Made by a program: the position numbers and the translations under genes
Notes under the pieces: model-generated
Databases searched by the model: none
Told to the model about the DNA's origin: nothing
The model's input: the letters and a program-made list of their open reading frames with translations, nothing else
Shown: in pieces, positions 55,864 through 64,000 of the stretch
Layout of the letters: every line of letters starts with the position of its first letter
Numbering within the stretch: the first letter of the stretch is position 1
Assembly: GCA_003707115.1 (NCBI GenBank)
Contig: PPNB01000015.1
Span: forward strand, 124,001 to 188,000
From: Tortispora ganteri
Taxonomy: Eukaryota
DNA: 64,000 nt
Direction: 5' to 3'

Positions 55864-56949
55864 CTACGGGTGGAAAACTATACGGCCTTCCACCTTTCCT
55901 TTAGCCATAGCTTCCATATACTTAGGAGCCTCTTCGAGAGGAACGACAGTGTACTTTGGCTTCATGAGTCCAAGCTGACAGAGTCTCAAACATTCAGCAA
56001 GTTCGTTAGAAGTTCCCCAGAAAGATCCCTGGATTCTGACTTCGCGAAGGGCGAGATCGGTAAGATTAAAAGACAATTGAGGGTTAGCAAGGCCAACAGG
56101 TACAATTGTACCACGGGACGCCACATGTTTCTGGGCCAGACTGAATGTAGACTGAATTCCAACGATGTCCAGTACGATATCGACGTTAAGAGGATCATCA
56201 GGTAGAGATTCAAGTACCTCATCAGCGCCTGCAGCTTTACCGGCATCGCGAGCAGAAGGTTTCAAGTCAGATGCGTATACATAAGAGCCAAATGTTTTAG
56301 CGAGTTTTACTGCATTGAGTCCCAGGCCTCCAAGACCAAGGATTAGCACTCTAGTGCTGTTTGAGGCTCCTGCTTGCTTGAGTGCGCGGTAAGGAGTTAA
56401 CACAGCATCAGTGCAGCTAGCAGCTGCCTCAGCTGTAACTCCTTCAGGCACTTTGACGATCGATCGGATGTTAGGAATGCGTATGTACTTCTGGTAACCT
56501 CCATCAAGACCAAGACCGAACCATTGGCCTGTTTTGGCGACATTAGTGCAATCGTTGTCGAAGCCATCGCGACATAATTTGCAGATACCACAAGGGTTAG
56601 GACCATGCACTGCGTACAAATCACCTTTTTCAAATCCGGTCACATCTTCACCAATTTCGTGAATTGTGCCAACAATTTCATGACCCATTACGAATTGTCC
56701 AGGTAAAGGGATTCCGCCGTCGAGCACGTGCAGATCAGAATGGCATAAGCCTGCGGCTTTGATCTCAAGAACTACCTCACTTCTACCTGGTTTTGGAATA
56801 GGTATTTCGGTACGAACTAGATTTTCATGACCTGGTTTGTAAAGGAATCCTGTTTGCATGGCCTTGGACGAATACGACTTGTTTAGAAGACTAATTGATG
56901 AAGTTCGTCTAATTTGATACTTGACTAGCGGTTTCAGAACTCTTAACAT
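55864..56949 (-). CDS. Zn-dependent medium-chain secondary alcohol dehydrogenase/carbonyl reductase with N-terminal presequence
   Basis: GLCHSDLH, GHE, structural Zn CGICKLC...C, TDAVLTPY, GLGGLG, and an Asp at the end of the Rossmann beta-B strand (NAD preference). LALREVRIQGSFWGT is typical of yeast secondary ADHs such as Candida parapsilosis SADH/CPCR2. Confidence 0.9.
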   Translation of the reverse strand: MLRVLKPLVKYQIRRTSSISLLNKSYSSKAMQTGFLYKPGHENLVRTEIPIPKPGRSEVVLEIKAAGLCHSDLHVLDGGIPLPGQFVMGHEIVGTIHEIGEDVTGFEKGDLYAVHGPNPCGICKLCRDGFDNDCTNVAKTGQWFGLGLDGGYQKYIRIPNIRSIVKVPEGVTAEAAASCTDAVLTPYRALKQAGASNSTRVLILGLGGLGLNAVKLAKTFGSYVYASDLKPSARDAGKAAGADEVLESLPDDPLNVDIVLDIVGIQSTFSLAQKHVASRGTIVPVGLANPQLSFNLTDLALREVRIQGSFWGTSNELAECLRLCQLGLMKPKYTVVPLEEAPKYMEAMAKGKVEGRIVFHP

Positions 56950-57705
56950 TAGAAGAGTTTTCTACCAAAAGTTACTGCAGATATGAACATCTATTTGAGA
57001 TTTTTCTTTTTGGCTTTTTGCCTCTATTTATATTCATTGGTAAAAAGCCGTCTCCGCTGCATAGTTAAAGTGGTCTTATCTGTCAACTATAAGGTTATAT
57101 CACTCATTCGGCATCTGGTCACTCAGCATAAGTAATCCATCCTGAACAAGATGGATAACCTGTCAAAATTAATAAGAAAAGGGCAATTAAGTCAATAATA
57201 TCCTATAAAATATTTATAATTTATTTTCCCTGCCCAATTAGCGTTGTGGTAGCCACAATGACAACATATTCAATTTCGTGCAAGCGGAACCTCGGGCTTC
57301 AAGCCAACTCAAAAGTTCAATAAAGTTTAACGGTAACATTACCTAAAACTCATTTTCTATCGCCAATGCTGATAATAGTCTCATCATACTCGAACCAAAG
57401 ACAGTTTCATACTAAACTAAAGACTATCGTTATTTCCTTAGAAAACAATAAAACCCGTAACCTATTAGAATATTAGTGGTCCAGGTCCCTATGCTTTTTT
57501 TCTGGAACCCTTCTCTCGTTTAGATTTGTTATATATCACGTGCCAATACATTTGCCTATTATAGAAGTCCCAACTACACCAAGTCTGTAAACCAATAAGA
57601 ACTCATGAACCGCTTCCGATCGCTCTTCTATTGTATCCCGTATATTGTCTAATCTCCACTTTTACCCCTCCCCTCCTCGTTTGATCACACCGCGCTTAGA
57701 TTAAC

Positions 57706-58080
57706 ATGTCTGCACCTATTGAAATTGACTCAAAACAACTTATGCGATCACGCAGGCTTTCCTCTGCGCCTGAATCACCTATCAACCTGCCGCGATCCTG
57801 CAACAGCAATGTGTCATCGTATTCCTATCTGTCTCCAGCAATGAGAGAAGAAAAGTACCATGCATCTGAAGTATTCTCACCAGTGTTTGGCGGACCGTCC
57901 GTGAGCTTAGTTTTGAGTAGTTCACAAGGTTTTGACTGGGATACCGCTGCTTTTCCTGGCCATAACCACTCTGTACTCGGATCGATCAATTCCATTTTGT
58001 ACTCTTCACATAGCCGCACTACCCATGATCCTGACAATATCTATCTGACGCCTGAAGATATCGATATATTCCCCTCTTGA
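57706..58080 (+). CDS. 124-aa Ser-rich fungal protein of unknown function (SQGFxW motif, acidic C-terminal DIFP)
   Basis: ATG with A at -3 after a pyrimidine-rich tract; RRLSS motif, LSSSQGFDWD block and C-terminal IYLTPEDIDIFPS; converges on the RasGAP gene with a 138-nt gap. Confidence 0.6.
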   Translation: MSAPIEIDSKQLMRSRRLSSAPESPINLPRSCNSNVSSYSYLSPAMREEKYHASEVFSPVFGGPSVSLVLSSSQGFDWDTAAFPGHNHSVLGSINSILYSSHSRTTHDPDNIYLTPEDIDIFPS

Positions 58081-58218
58081 AGCATCAGATACATCTACTA
58101 TATGTCTACATTCTTAGTGCACTCATGTCAGACTTAACTGATATTCATCTACAGTTTTCCCCTAGCATCCATTTATGTACAACGCAATTTAGTGCACATT
58201 TGTTATATAAATCAATTT

Positions 58219-60441
58219 TTAGAATAGTCTAGCTTGAATAGTTTTTACTATCCCTTCACTACTCAGAGAAAGCGGTCCCATTTCTATTGTTGAAGTGCCA
58301 TCTCGAATCATGTTCGTTAGATCGTCAACGGAACATCGTAACGTATTCAACACTGTAGGACGCCACGTACCTTGTACTAAGGTAATTTGTACCCTTCCAG
58401 CGCCAGATTGTCCTAGAATTAATCTAAGATCCGATTTGACGTTCTTACAGTTATCAATGATTTGATAGCGTTCCATCTCGCGCGGTCCTAGCTTTATTAT
58501 CTGCCTTTTTTTCCTTGACTCTTGTTCTCCAGCTCCCCTTTTGAAAAGAGTACTCAACATTTTAGTTCCACTCTTACTGCTGTCTGTTTCATCTTTATCT
58601 TCACACATAGTGAGGCTTTGCAGGTACAAATGGAACGCCTCTCTTTGGCTTCTCAAGTACACCGCACGTTCGTCTGTTGCTTTTTTGATTTGCTTAAGCT
58701 CTTCTAGTTCTTCCTTGTTTCTCCGTAAAAGCTCTCCTAGATGTTTCAGCTCGTCATATACTTCGGTCGCAAGCAGTTCCTGCTCGTGTGTACTCATTCC
58801 AGATATGATACTCGAAACAGCGGATCCAATACTGGCTATAGAGTCATCATTTGAAGCAGATGCCATATCAGTAAGTTTTACGATATCGATTGGATTTTTT
58901 CGAGAAACAGTTTGAGTAGGAAACAAACGGAATAGCTGGACTAGCATATTCTTTGCCCTCAGAAATAGTAAGTCATGAGACTCATCCTTGTCTTCTGAAT
59001 CAGGCAATGTTTGATTTATTCCTGCAACATAGGTATCCCAAACAGTGAACAGCTCAAGTGTTGTAATATAGTTCTCTTCCTTTATTCGACGCGCAGGCGG
59101 TTCTCCTAAGCTCTCTATAAGTTGTCGAAGATGATGATGAGTTGAGTCCGACTTCATCTTATCCAAATATTTGGCGACCAGGGCATGAGTTTCATAAATT
59201 TCATTAATTGTTATCTGAATTTCAAGGTCTTTCCTTGTGAGTGCTTCAAACTGTTCGCTAGTGAGCTCTTCTGTAAAATCCGGAACGTCACAAACTTGTC
59301 GTAAAAATTTGCCCAGTCTAGGCTTGTTCTCATTAATAAATGTGGTGAATACTGCCATGTATTCTTCCTTATGTGACATGCTTTGATTCACAAGCATCTG
59401 CATAATTTTTGCAATAAGTGTCAGCTGTTTACGTCCCTTAGGCGTAGGTGGAATCTCAAATATGTCATAGGCTTCTGGAGTGACAATTGCGGGGTTGATG
59501 AATCGTAGGAAGAAAAATCCGCCAATCAAAGAAGATACTTGCTCTTCAGAAGCATTAGAGAACCTCCTACGCGCTAGTATACGAATCTGTTTGCATATCC
59601 AGCGTAATCCAAAAGGGATCTGATCGACGTGTGACAGTAATATTTCAGAGATTGCTTTCACGCTTTCGCACGTAGCATCAGCGCGCGCTTTTGTTAGCTT
59701 ATCTTTCTCCTCAGGTGTATCCGGTTGCTGTGTATCACTGAATACAGACGATTTATCTTGCATAGCCTCAATAATATTAGTAAGTGGATCGTGCAATATT
59801 GCTTTTAGATAGCTTTTGCCAGGACCACGACAGGTATACGCAGTCATCATTCGGGAAACAGGGGTATTTGATCTCAATAGTGAGGAATACTCTGTACAAG
59901 AATCAAACTGATGTGCAAGAACAATCTGAAACATTTGCAGCAGTAAATGCTCTTCTCTTTTATCGTGTTGATTGCCATATAATGTGAACATGACCAGTTC
60001 CAGAAAAAAATCTCGTTCGGCAGGAGATATCAATTCACATAGCTCAGCGAGATGTTTCGGCTGCATTTGAAGAACATAAAATAAATTACAATAAAGCTCA
60101 AAGGCGTTTCGATCTTGAAGACTTCCTTCAGGAAAAGCGATCCCATCGTCTAGTCTACTCAGAAGTTCATCTTTCTCCGCACTAGTTAGTTTGTTTTGTA
60201 TAGCAGACCCAATCCGTGATTCTAGGTACCTAATATCTTTTTCTAAAAAGAAATTCCGCTTCGATTCAGCAGAAATAGCACATTTAAGTGATCTGATTTC
60301 GGTTTGACTGACAGCTAGTTCATCAGATATGTGGATCTCAGAGTCTGGATAGTTCGATGATACTTTAGACTCAAGAGACTTAAAGGATATACGAGTAGTA
60401 TCTGATATTCTACTCGAATGTATTCCTGTACCAGCAATCAT
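58219..60441 (-). CDS. Ras GTPase-activating protein, Gap1/Sar1 type (RasGAP + RasGAP_C)
   Basis: SKRNFFLEKDIRYLESRI, FTLYGNQ...REEHLLL.MFQ, arginine finger LLRSNTPVSRMM, IPFGLRWICKQIR and GGFFFLRFINPAIVTP. Confidence 0.9.
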   Translation of the reverse strand: MIAGTGIHSSRISDTTRISFKSLESKVSSNYPDSEIHISDELAVSQTEIRSLKCAISAESKRNFFLEKDIRYLESRIGSAIQNKLTSAEKDELLSRLDDGIAFPEGSLQDRNAFELYCNLFYVLQMQPKHLAELCELISPAERDFFLELVMFTLYGNQHDKREEHLLLQMFQIVLAHQFDSCTEYSSLLRSNTPVSRMMTAYTCRGPGKSYLKAILHDPLTNIIEAMQDKSSVFSDTQQPDTPEEKDKLTKARADATCESVKAISEILLSHVDQIPFGLRWICKQIRILARRRFSNASEEQVSSLIGGFFFLRFINPAIVTPEAYDIFEIPPTPKGRKQLTLIAKIMQMLVNQSMSHKEEYMAVFTTFINENKPRLGKFLRQVCDVPDFTEELTSEQFEALTRKDLEIQITINEIYETHALVAKYLDKMKSDSTHHHLRQLIESLGEPPARRIKEENYITTLELFTVWDTYVAGINQTLPDSEDKDESHDLLFLRAKNMLVQLFRLFPTQTVSRKNPIDIVKLTDMASASNDDSIASIGSAVSSIISGMSTHEQELLATEVYDELKHLGELLRRNKEELEELKQIKKATDERAVYLRSQREAFHLYLQSLTMCEDKDETDSSKSGTKMLSTLFKRGAGEQESRKKRQIIKLGPREMERYQIIDNCKNVKSDLRLILGQSGAGRVQITLVQGTWRPTVLNTLRCSVDDLTNMIRDGTSTIEMGPLSLSSEGIVKTIQARLF

Positions 60442-61025
60442 TAGTCCTCTTAGTTACTTGACAGTTAATTGAGGTACAATGCAATTATTACGTCAATGCC
60501 TTCAAGCAGTCAGCAATACTCAACCAGCCCCGGAACGTTTCACAGAATCAACCTTCTACCTATCAACAATTTGTCAATGTTGCTTCTTTTTTCTTATTTA
60601 CACCTCGTAAATGTATAGTAACAATAACTGTAAATGGCCTGCTTTAAAAAAGAAAAACTAATATATATATTGATCTCGTATGGGCTTAAAGCAGAGACCG
60701 TGAATCTGCACATTTAGATCGGTTACATGTATACCCTAACCTGATATTACATGCTATTTCATTGTTGAGCCAAAATGTTTCTTTTTGTTGCTTGAATTGG
60801 CTAGATCTGCAGTACATTTATTCATAGTTACGTAAATATACATGTAAATTTATTGATTTGGTTATTATTGTTTCGCAGCATATGTGGTGGAGGTTACTTC
60901 CTGTCTGGTCAGACGAGTCATCGCGACTCGCGCTCCTCCACTTATGTCGTTTTCCACACATATGCAACATTCGTATACGCTGAAGTTCGAAAAATGAGTG
61001 GTCTTGGTCAACCATTCGTATTAAG

Positions 61026-62636
61026 TCATAAACTTATCTGAATTGCCTGTACTACTTCATGTGGAGCATTAAGGGCTTTCCGCTTAGAAGCACTAAGATC
61101 ACCCGATGGGGTGGCTGGTACAGCAGAGCTAAAGTCAAACATAGCAGATATTTCATCAGGTATTACAGCACTCATGACCTTCTGAGCAATGGAAGATTCA
61201 ATACTGTTGTTCTGAGATCCTTTGTCTATATTTTTAGCATTGAAGTCAAATATAGACTGTGAAGACGGAAGTGAAGGTTCGGAAGAGATAGCATTTCTGG
61301 AAAGAGCGCTAGGTCCTCCAAAATGAAATCCATTTGAGTCAGTACCTTTAGCAGGAGCTAAAGGTCTAGATGGAGAAATCTCTATTGACGTCTCTTGCGG
61401 TTGATTGAACACGAACGGGTTCGGTTTAGCAGGCTCAGGTTTAGAAAAGGCTTCAGAATTATTCATCTGAATATCAGTCTCGGCACTAATAGACAGCCGC
61501 AAACTAGAGCTCTTGGTTGGTCTGTATTTTTCTGACACCAAGGGCATTTTCGGAGAATCGCTACCATCTTTAGAAGTATCATGAATCTGGTTCAGAGGAG
61601 CAGGCGAAAAGGTACCTTTATTATCAGGGCGTGCTTTAGAAATTATGGATAACAGTGGAACAGGTTGTTCCTCTTCTTGAGGTTGCTTAGGAGATTCATC
61701 TTCAGCTTTAGTTGTATGCGCGCTTTTAGGAACAATATCGACCTCTACATAAGGATTCTCATCAGGCTCGATGTCCATTCCAGAGGTATCGCTTAAGCCT
61801 TCTTTTGTGCCTTCTTCAGCGTCTTCTTTAGACTCAGTGAGTAATGAGATTAGAGTAGTGGCGGTTCGGGAAAGTAATTTCTGCGTGCCTGCTTCCTTCT
61901 GAGAACTGCTGTGATTTTCGGTAACTTCTGGACCTGAAAAAGAGTCGCTGGTCATAGCAGAAGATAAAGCCGAACTTTTGAAAGGAGTAGAGAGCGAAGG
62001 AAACGACGCTTTAGGCGTGACAATTCCAGCACTGAATCGACTCTTAGGTTTGACAATATCTTTGTATTTTGGAGTGTATTTAGGTACAGTTACAGGACTG
62101 TTTCCTAGTGCTGAATGAATATTTGTAGATGTGTTGGATGCTTCAGTGTGTTGCATTGTAACCGGTGTGCGAATGTCTTCAGCGAGATGTTCATTAGAAA
62201 TAACGCTCGGATACGTTATTGCACTGGTTGGCGTATAAGGATTAGCAATAGGCGTTCCTAAAGTAGGAATTCCAGTCGCTTGTCGGATTAAAGACATTAC
62301 TCCTTCAGTTTCGATATCAGTTAGGGGTCTATCGCCGTTCTCACGAAAAAATTCCGCCAACTTTTGCGATGGAGAACCTGAAGAGCTTCGCCTAGACGGA
62401 GAAAAATAATCACTACTAATTCCGCTTTTCTTTACAGGAGTATGTACGTCCTCAGTTTCCTCAGATTTAGATTCTGCATTGGATATCCATTTAGCGGGCG
62501 TTAACAGGGCCTTTACTCTCGACATTAAACCACCATGTGATCTTCTCGGAACAGGGGTATTTTGACCAGGCTTGCTTGAATAAGGTGTAAATCCCGATCC
62601 AGGTCCTTGCCTCCGTTGAGAAGGAATTTTTGGCAT
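61026..62636 (-). CDS. NUP60: Nuclear basket nucleoporin Nup60-like
   Basis: N-terminal PY motif plus amphipathic helix GLMSRVKALL; helical region LAEFFRENGDRPLTDIETEGVMSL; LSRTATTLISLL, Y.P.KSSSLR and FxF motifs (FVF, FHF, FDF). Confidence 0.78.
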   Translation of the reverse strand: MPKIPSQRRQGPGSGFTPYSSKPGQNTPVPRRSHGGLMSRVKALLTPAKWISNAESKSEETEDVHTPVKKSGISSDYFSPSRRSSSGSPSQKLAEFFRENGDRPLTDIETEGVMSLIRQATGIPTLGTPIANPYTPTSAITYPSVISNEHLAEDIRTPVTMQHTEASNTSTNIHSALGNSPVTVPKYTPKYKDIVKPKSRFSAGIVTPKASFPSLSTPFKSSALSSAMTSDSFSGPEVTENHSSSQKEAGTQKLLSRTATTLISLLTESKEDAEEGTKEGLSDTSGMDIEPDENPYVEVDIVPKSAHTTKAEDESPKQPQEEEQPVPLLSIISKARPDNKGTFSPAPLNQIHDTSKDGSDSPKMPLVSEKYRPTKSSSLRLSISAETDIQMNNSEAFSKPEPAKPNPFVFNQPQETSIEISPSRPLAPAKGTDSNGFHFGGPSALSRNAISSEPSLPSSQSIFDFNAKNIDKGSQNNSIESSIAQKVMSAVIPDEISAMFDFSSAVPATPSGDLSASKRKALNAPHEVVQAIQISL

Positions 62637-62789
62637 CTCGAACTAACAAATGTAGATGAAAGTGTCCAACTATATGAAGTCCATTAAAAATACGCACAAA
62701 ATGTGATATGATGTAGGTTTGTTATTGAATTAGAACTTAGCTTTTGTTTTGGCTTTATTTAGTTTTAGCAACATATTAAAGTTGTATCA

Positions 62790-62863
62790 GGGCATGTGGC
62801 GCAGTTGGTAGTCGCGCCAGTTTTGCATACTGGAGGTCTCCGGTTCAAACCCGGACTTGTCCA
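62790..62863 (+). tRNA. tRNA-Ala(UGC)
   Basis: Acceptor GGGCATG/CTTGTCC with G3:U70; anticodon arm CCAGT-TTTGCAT-ACTGG (TGC at 62824-62826); T arm TCCGG-TTCAAAC-CCGGA; A73; intronless. Confidence 0.92.
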
Positions 62864-62865
62864 AA

Positions 62866-62880
62866 TTTTTTTTTTTTTTT
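62866..62880 (+). terminator. RNA polymerase III oligo-T terminator
   Basis: T15 run starting 3 nt after the tRNA. Confidence 0.85.
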
Positions 62881-63004
62881 GGCTGATTCATTTCTTTGTT
62901 TATTATATGTGAGAAAAGAAACGTGTTTAATATTTTTATAACAGTAATAATAGAAACTGCACATGTCATATCATGCTAAATTTATACGTATACTAGATAG
63001 CAAA

Positions 63005-64000
63005 TCATGTAGAAAAACTGAATGCTGATCGACACAACGGACATGTAGAGTTATTAGATGATTTGAACCATTTGTATAAGCAAATAGCATGGAACTTATG
63101 CTTGCAGGTAACGCATCGCTTGTTTGGCAAACTGAGGTCTTGCTGTAGAACCATATAGCAAATAGCACACTCTTCAACACCTTCAAAATGTAAGGATATG
63201 TTCCTCTTGAACAATATAAGTGAATCAGAAATCGAGCTGTTTTGCGTATTAACAATAGCTTGTGAGGCAAGTATCCAAGCCCTCCATTGCTTTTCCTTCA
63301 CCGCGAGCCTTTTCGATCCAGATATAGTCATCTCTTGTAAAGGGTAAGCACCTGGAAGTGTCACTTTAATTTCCATATTCTGCTCGTCGATACTGAACTC
63401 AGCCAGTACCTCACGTACAGTTTTCAGCATTTTAACTTTCATGGATATTTGACCGGAATTGAACTCTGAAGATGCTTGTTTGATCTTAGCGTATTCCGCA
63501 TCGAGTATGCTGTCAGAGAAAAACTTCTCTGTAAAGCTGAGCACAGCATCACGCAGTTGTCTGTTATTCAATTCTCTCCACCAGTATTTAGCTTCAGACG
63601 GACAATAAATCAAGCATTTATAATAAAGGCGTAATATACTTCCTATGAAGCCATCTTTTATGTCCAATTCGTCGACAATACTACTGATTAACGGCAAGTC
63701 CTTGGTAGAGTTTAGAATGTTCAAGCGTGACACGGCAAAATTGAGCATATTTGCAATATACCCAGTACCTTTTAGACTATTCAATAAGTCATTGCGTATC
63801 TTGTAGGTGGTTGATTCAAAATGATCAAATATGAGGTGGAAAGCACCTACATATGATATTTCTTCGTAAGAAGGTTCCTTCTCCGATTCCATAATTTGTG
63901 GTGCTTGCGTTACAAAGGAAACAAGTTCAACAGGAAGCTCAACACTAACGCTTTGGTCCGATTGCAAAGCTGCTTCAATTGCTATGGCTTCCCTATCTCG
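63005..64000 (-). CDS. RKR1: Ribosome quality-control E3 ligase Rkr1/Ltn1 (listerin), C-terminal part; 5'-partial
   Basis: RWD domain (IDEQ.MEI...LP..YPL, WRAW) and RING FEGVEECAICY...LP.K.C.TCKHKFH..CLYKWF.SS..STCPLCR. Frame is open to the window end. Confidence 0.95.
   Translation of the reverse strand, partial: RDREAIAIEAALQSDQSVSVELPVELVSFVTQAPQIMESEKEPSYEEISYVGAFHLIFDHFESTTYKIRNDLLNSLKGTGYIANMLNFAVSRLNILNSTKDLPLISSIVDELDIKDGFIGSILRLYYKCLIYCPSEAKYWWRELNNRQLRDAVLSFTEKFFSDSILDAEYAKIKQASSEFNSGQISMKVKMLKTVREVLAEFSIDEQNMEIKVTLPGAYPLQEMTISGSKRLAVKEKQWRAWILASQAIVNTQNSSISDSLILFKRNISLHFEGVEECAICYMVLQQDLSLPNKRCVTCKHKFHAICLYKWFKSSNNSTCPLCRSAFSFST

Noticed and set aside
55864..56949. Possible bacterial horizontal transfer of the ADH
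   Set aside because: Its motifs match the yeast secondary-ADH family, its composition resembles neighbouring genes, and it has a eukaryotic-type presequence.
60903..60935. Hammerhead-like CAGACGA-GTC...GAC segment
   Set aside because: The core would need CUGANGA and GAAA after stem II; the sequence has CAGA and TCGC.

Overview
This is a compact, gene-dense eukaryotic window, most likely from an ascomycete yeast. It has about 34 protein-coding genes, one tRNA-Ala(UGC), and no transposon, CRISPR or rRNA that I can support. CUG reads as Leu at invariant positions, introns are few and short (50-70 nt), and the gene content includes a Gap1/Sar1-type RasGAP, TMEM135 and a P58IPK-type DnaJ; together these suggest an early-diverging Saccharomycotina yeast (inference). 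Most genes are housekeeping: GH81 glucanase, SWC3, KAR3, GRR1-like, SEC8, SEC31, HST3, RVB1, YCS4, CDC7, PRP38, CDC11, SSK1, GPI1, RRP6, NUP60 and RKR1. The best candidate for a new system is an 86-aa membrane microprotein ORF whose TAA stop overlaps the GPI1 start codon (TAATG) and which contains no internal ATG in any frame, pointing to a bicistronic, translationally coupled GPI1 locus. Other points of interest: an in-frame, stop-free weak intron in PRP38; a very divergent SPO22/ZIP4-like gene; an ~0.8 kb AUG-free kinase leader with one minimal uORF; a nested-stem element downstream of NUP60; and an unexplained ~1.9 kb motif-rich intergenic block. All family assignments come from recognising motifs by eye, with no database searches run.
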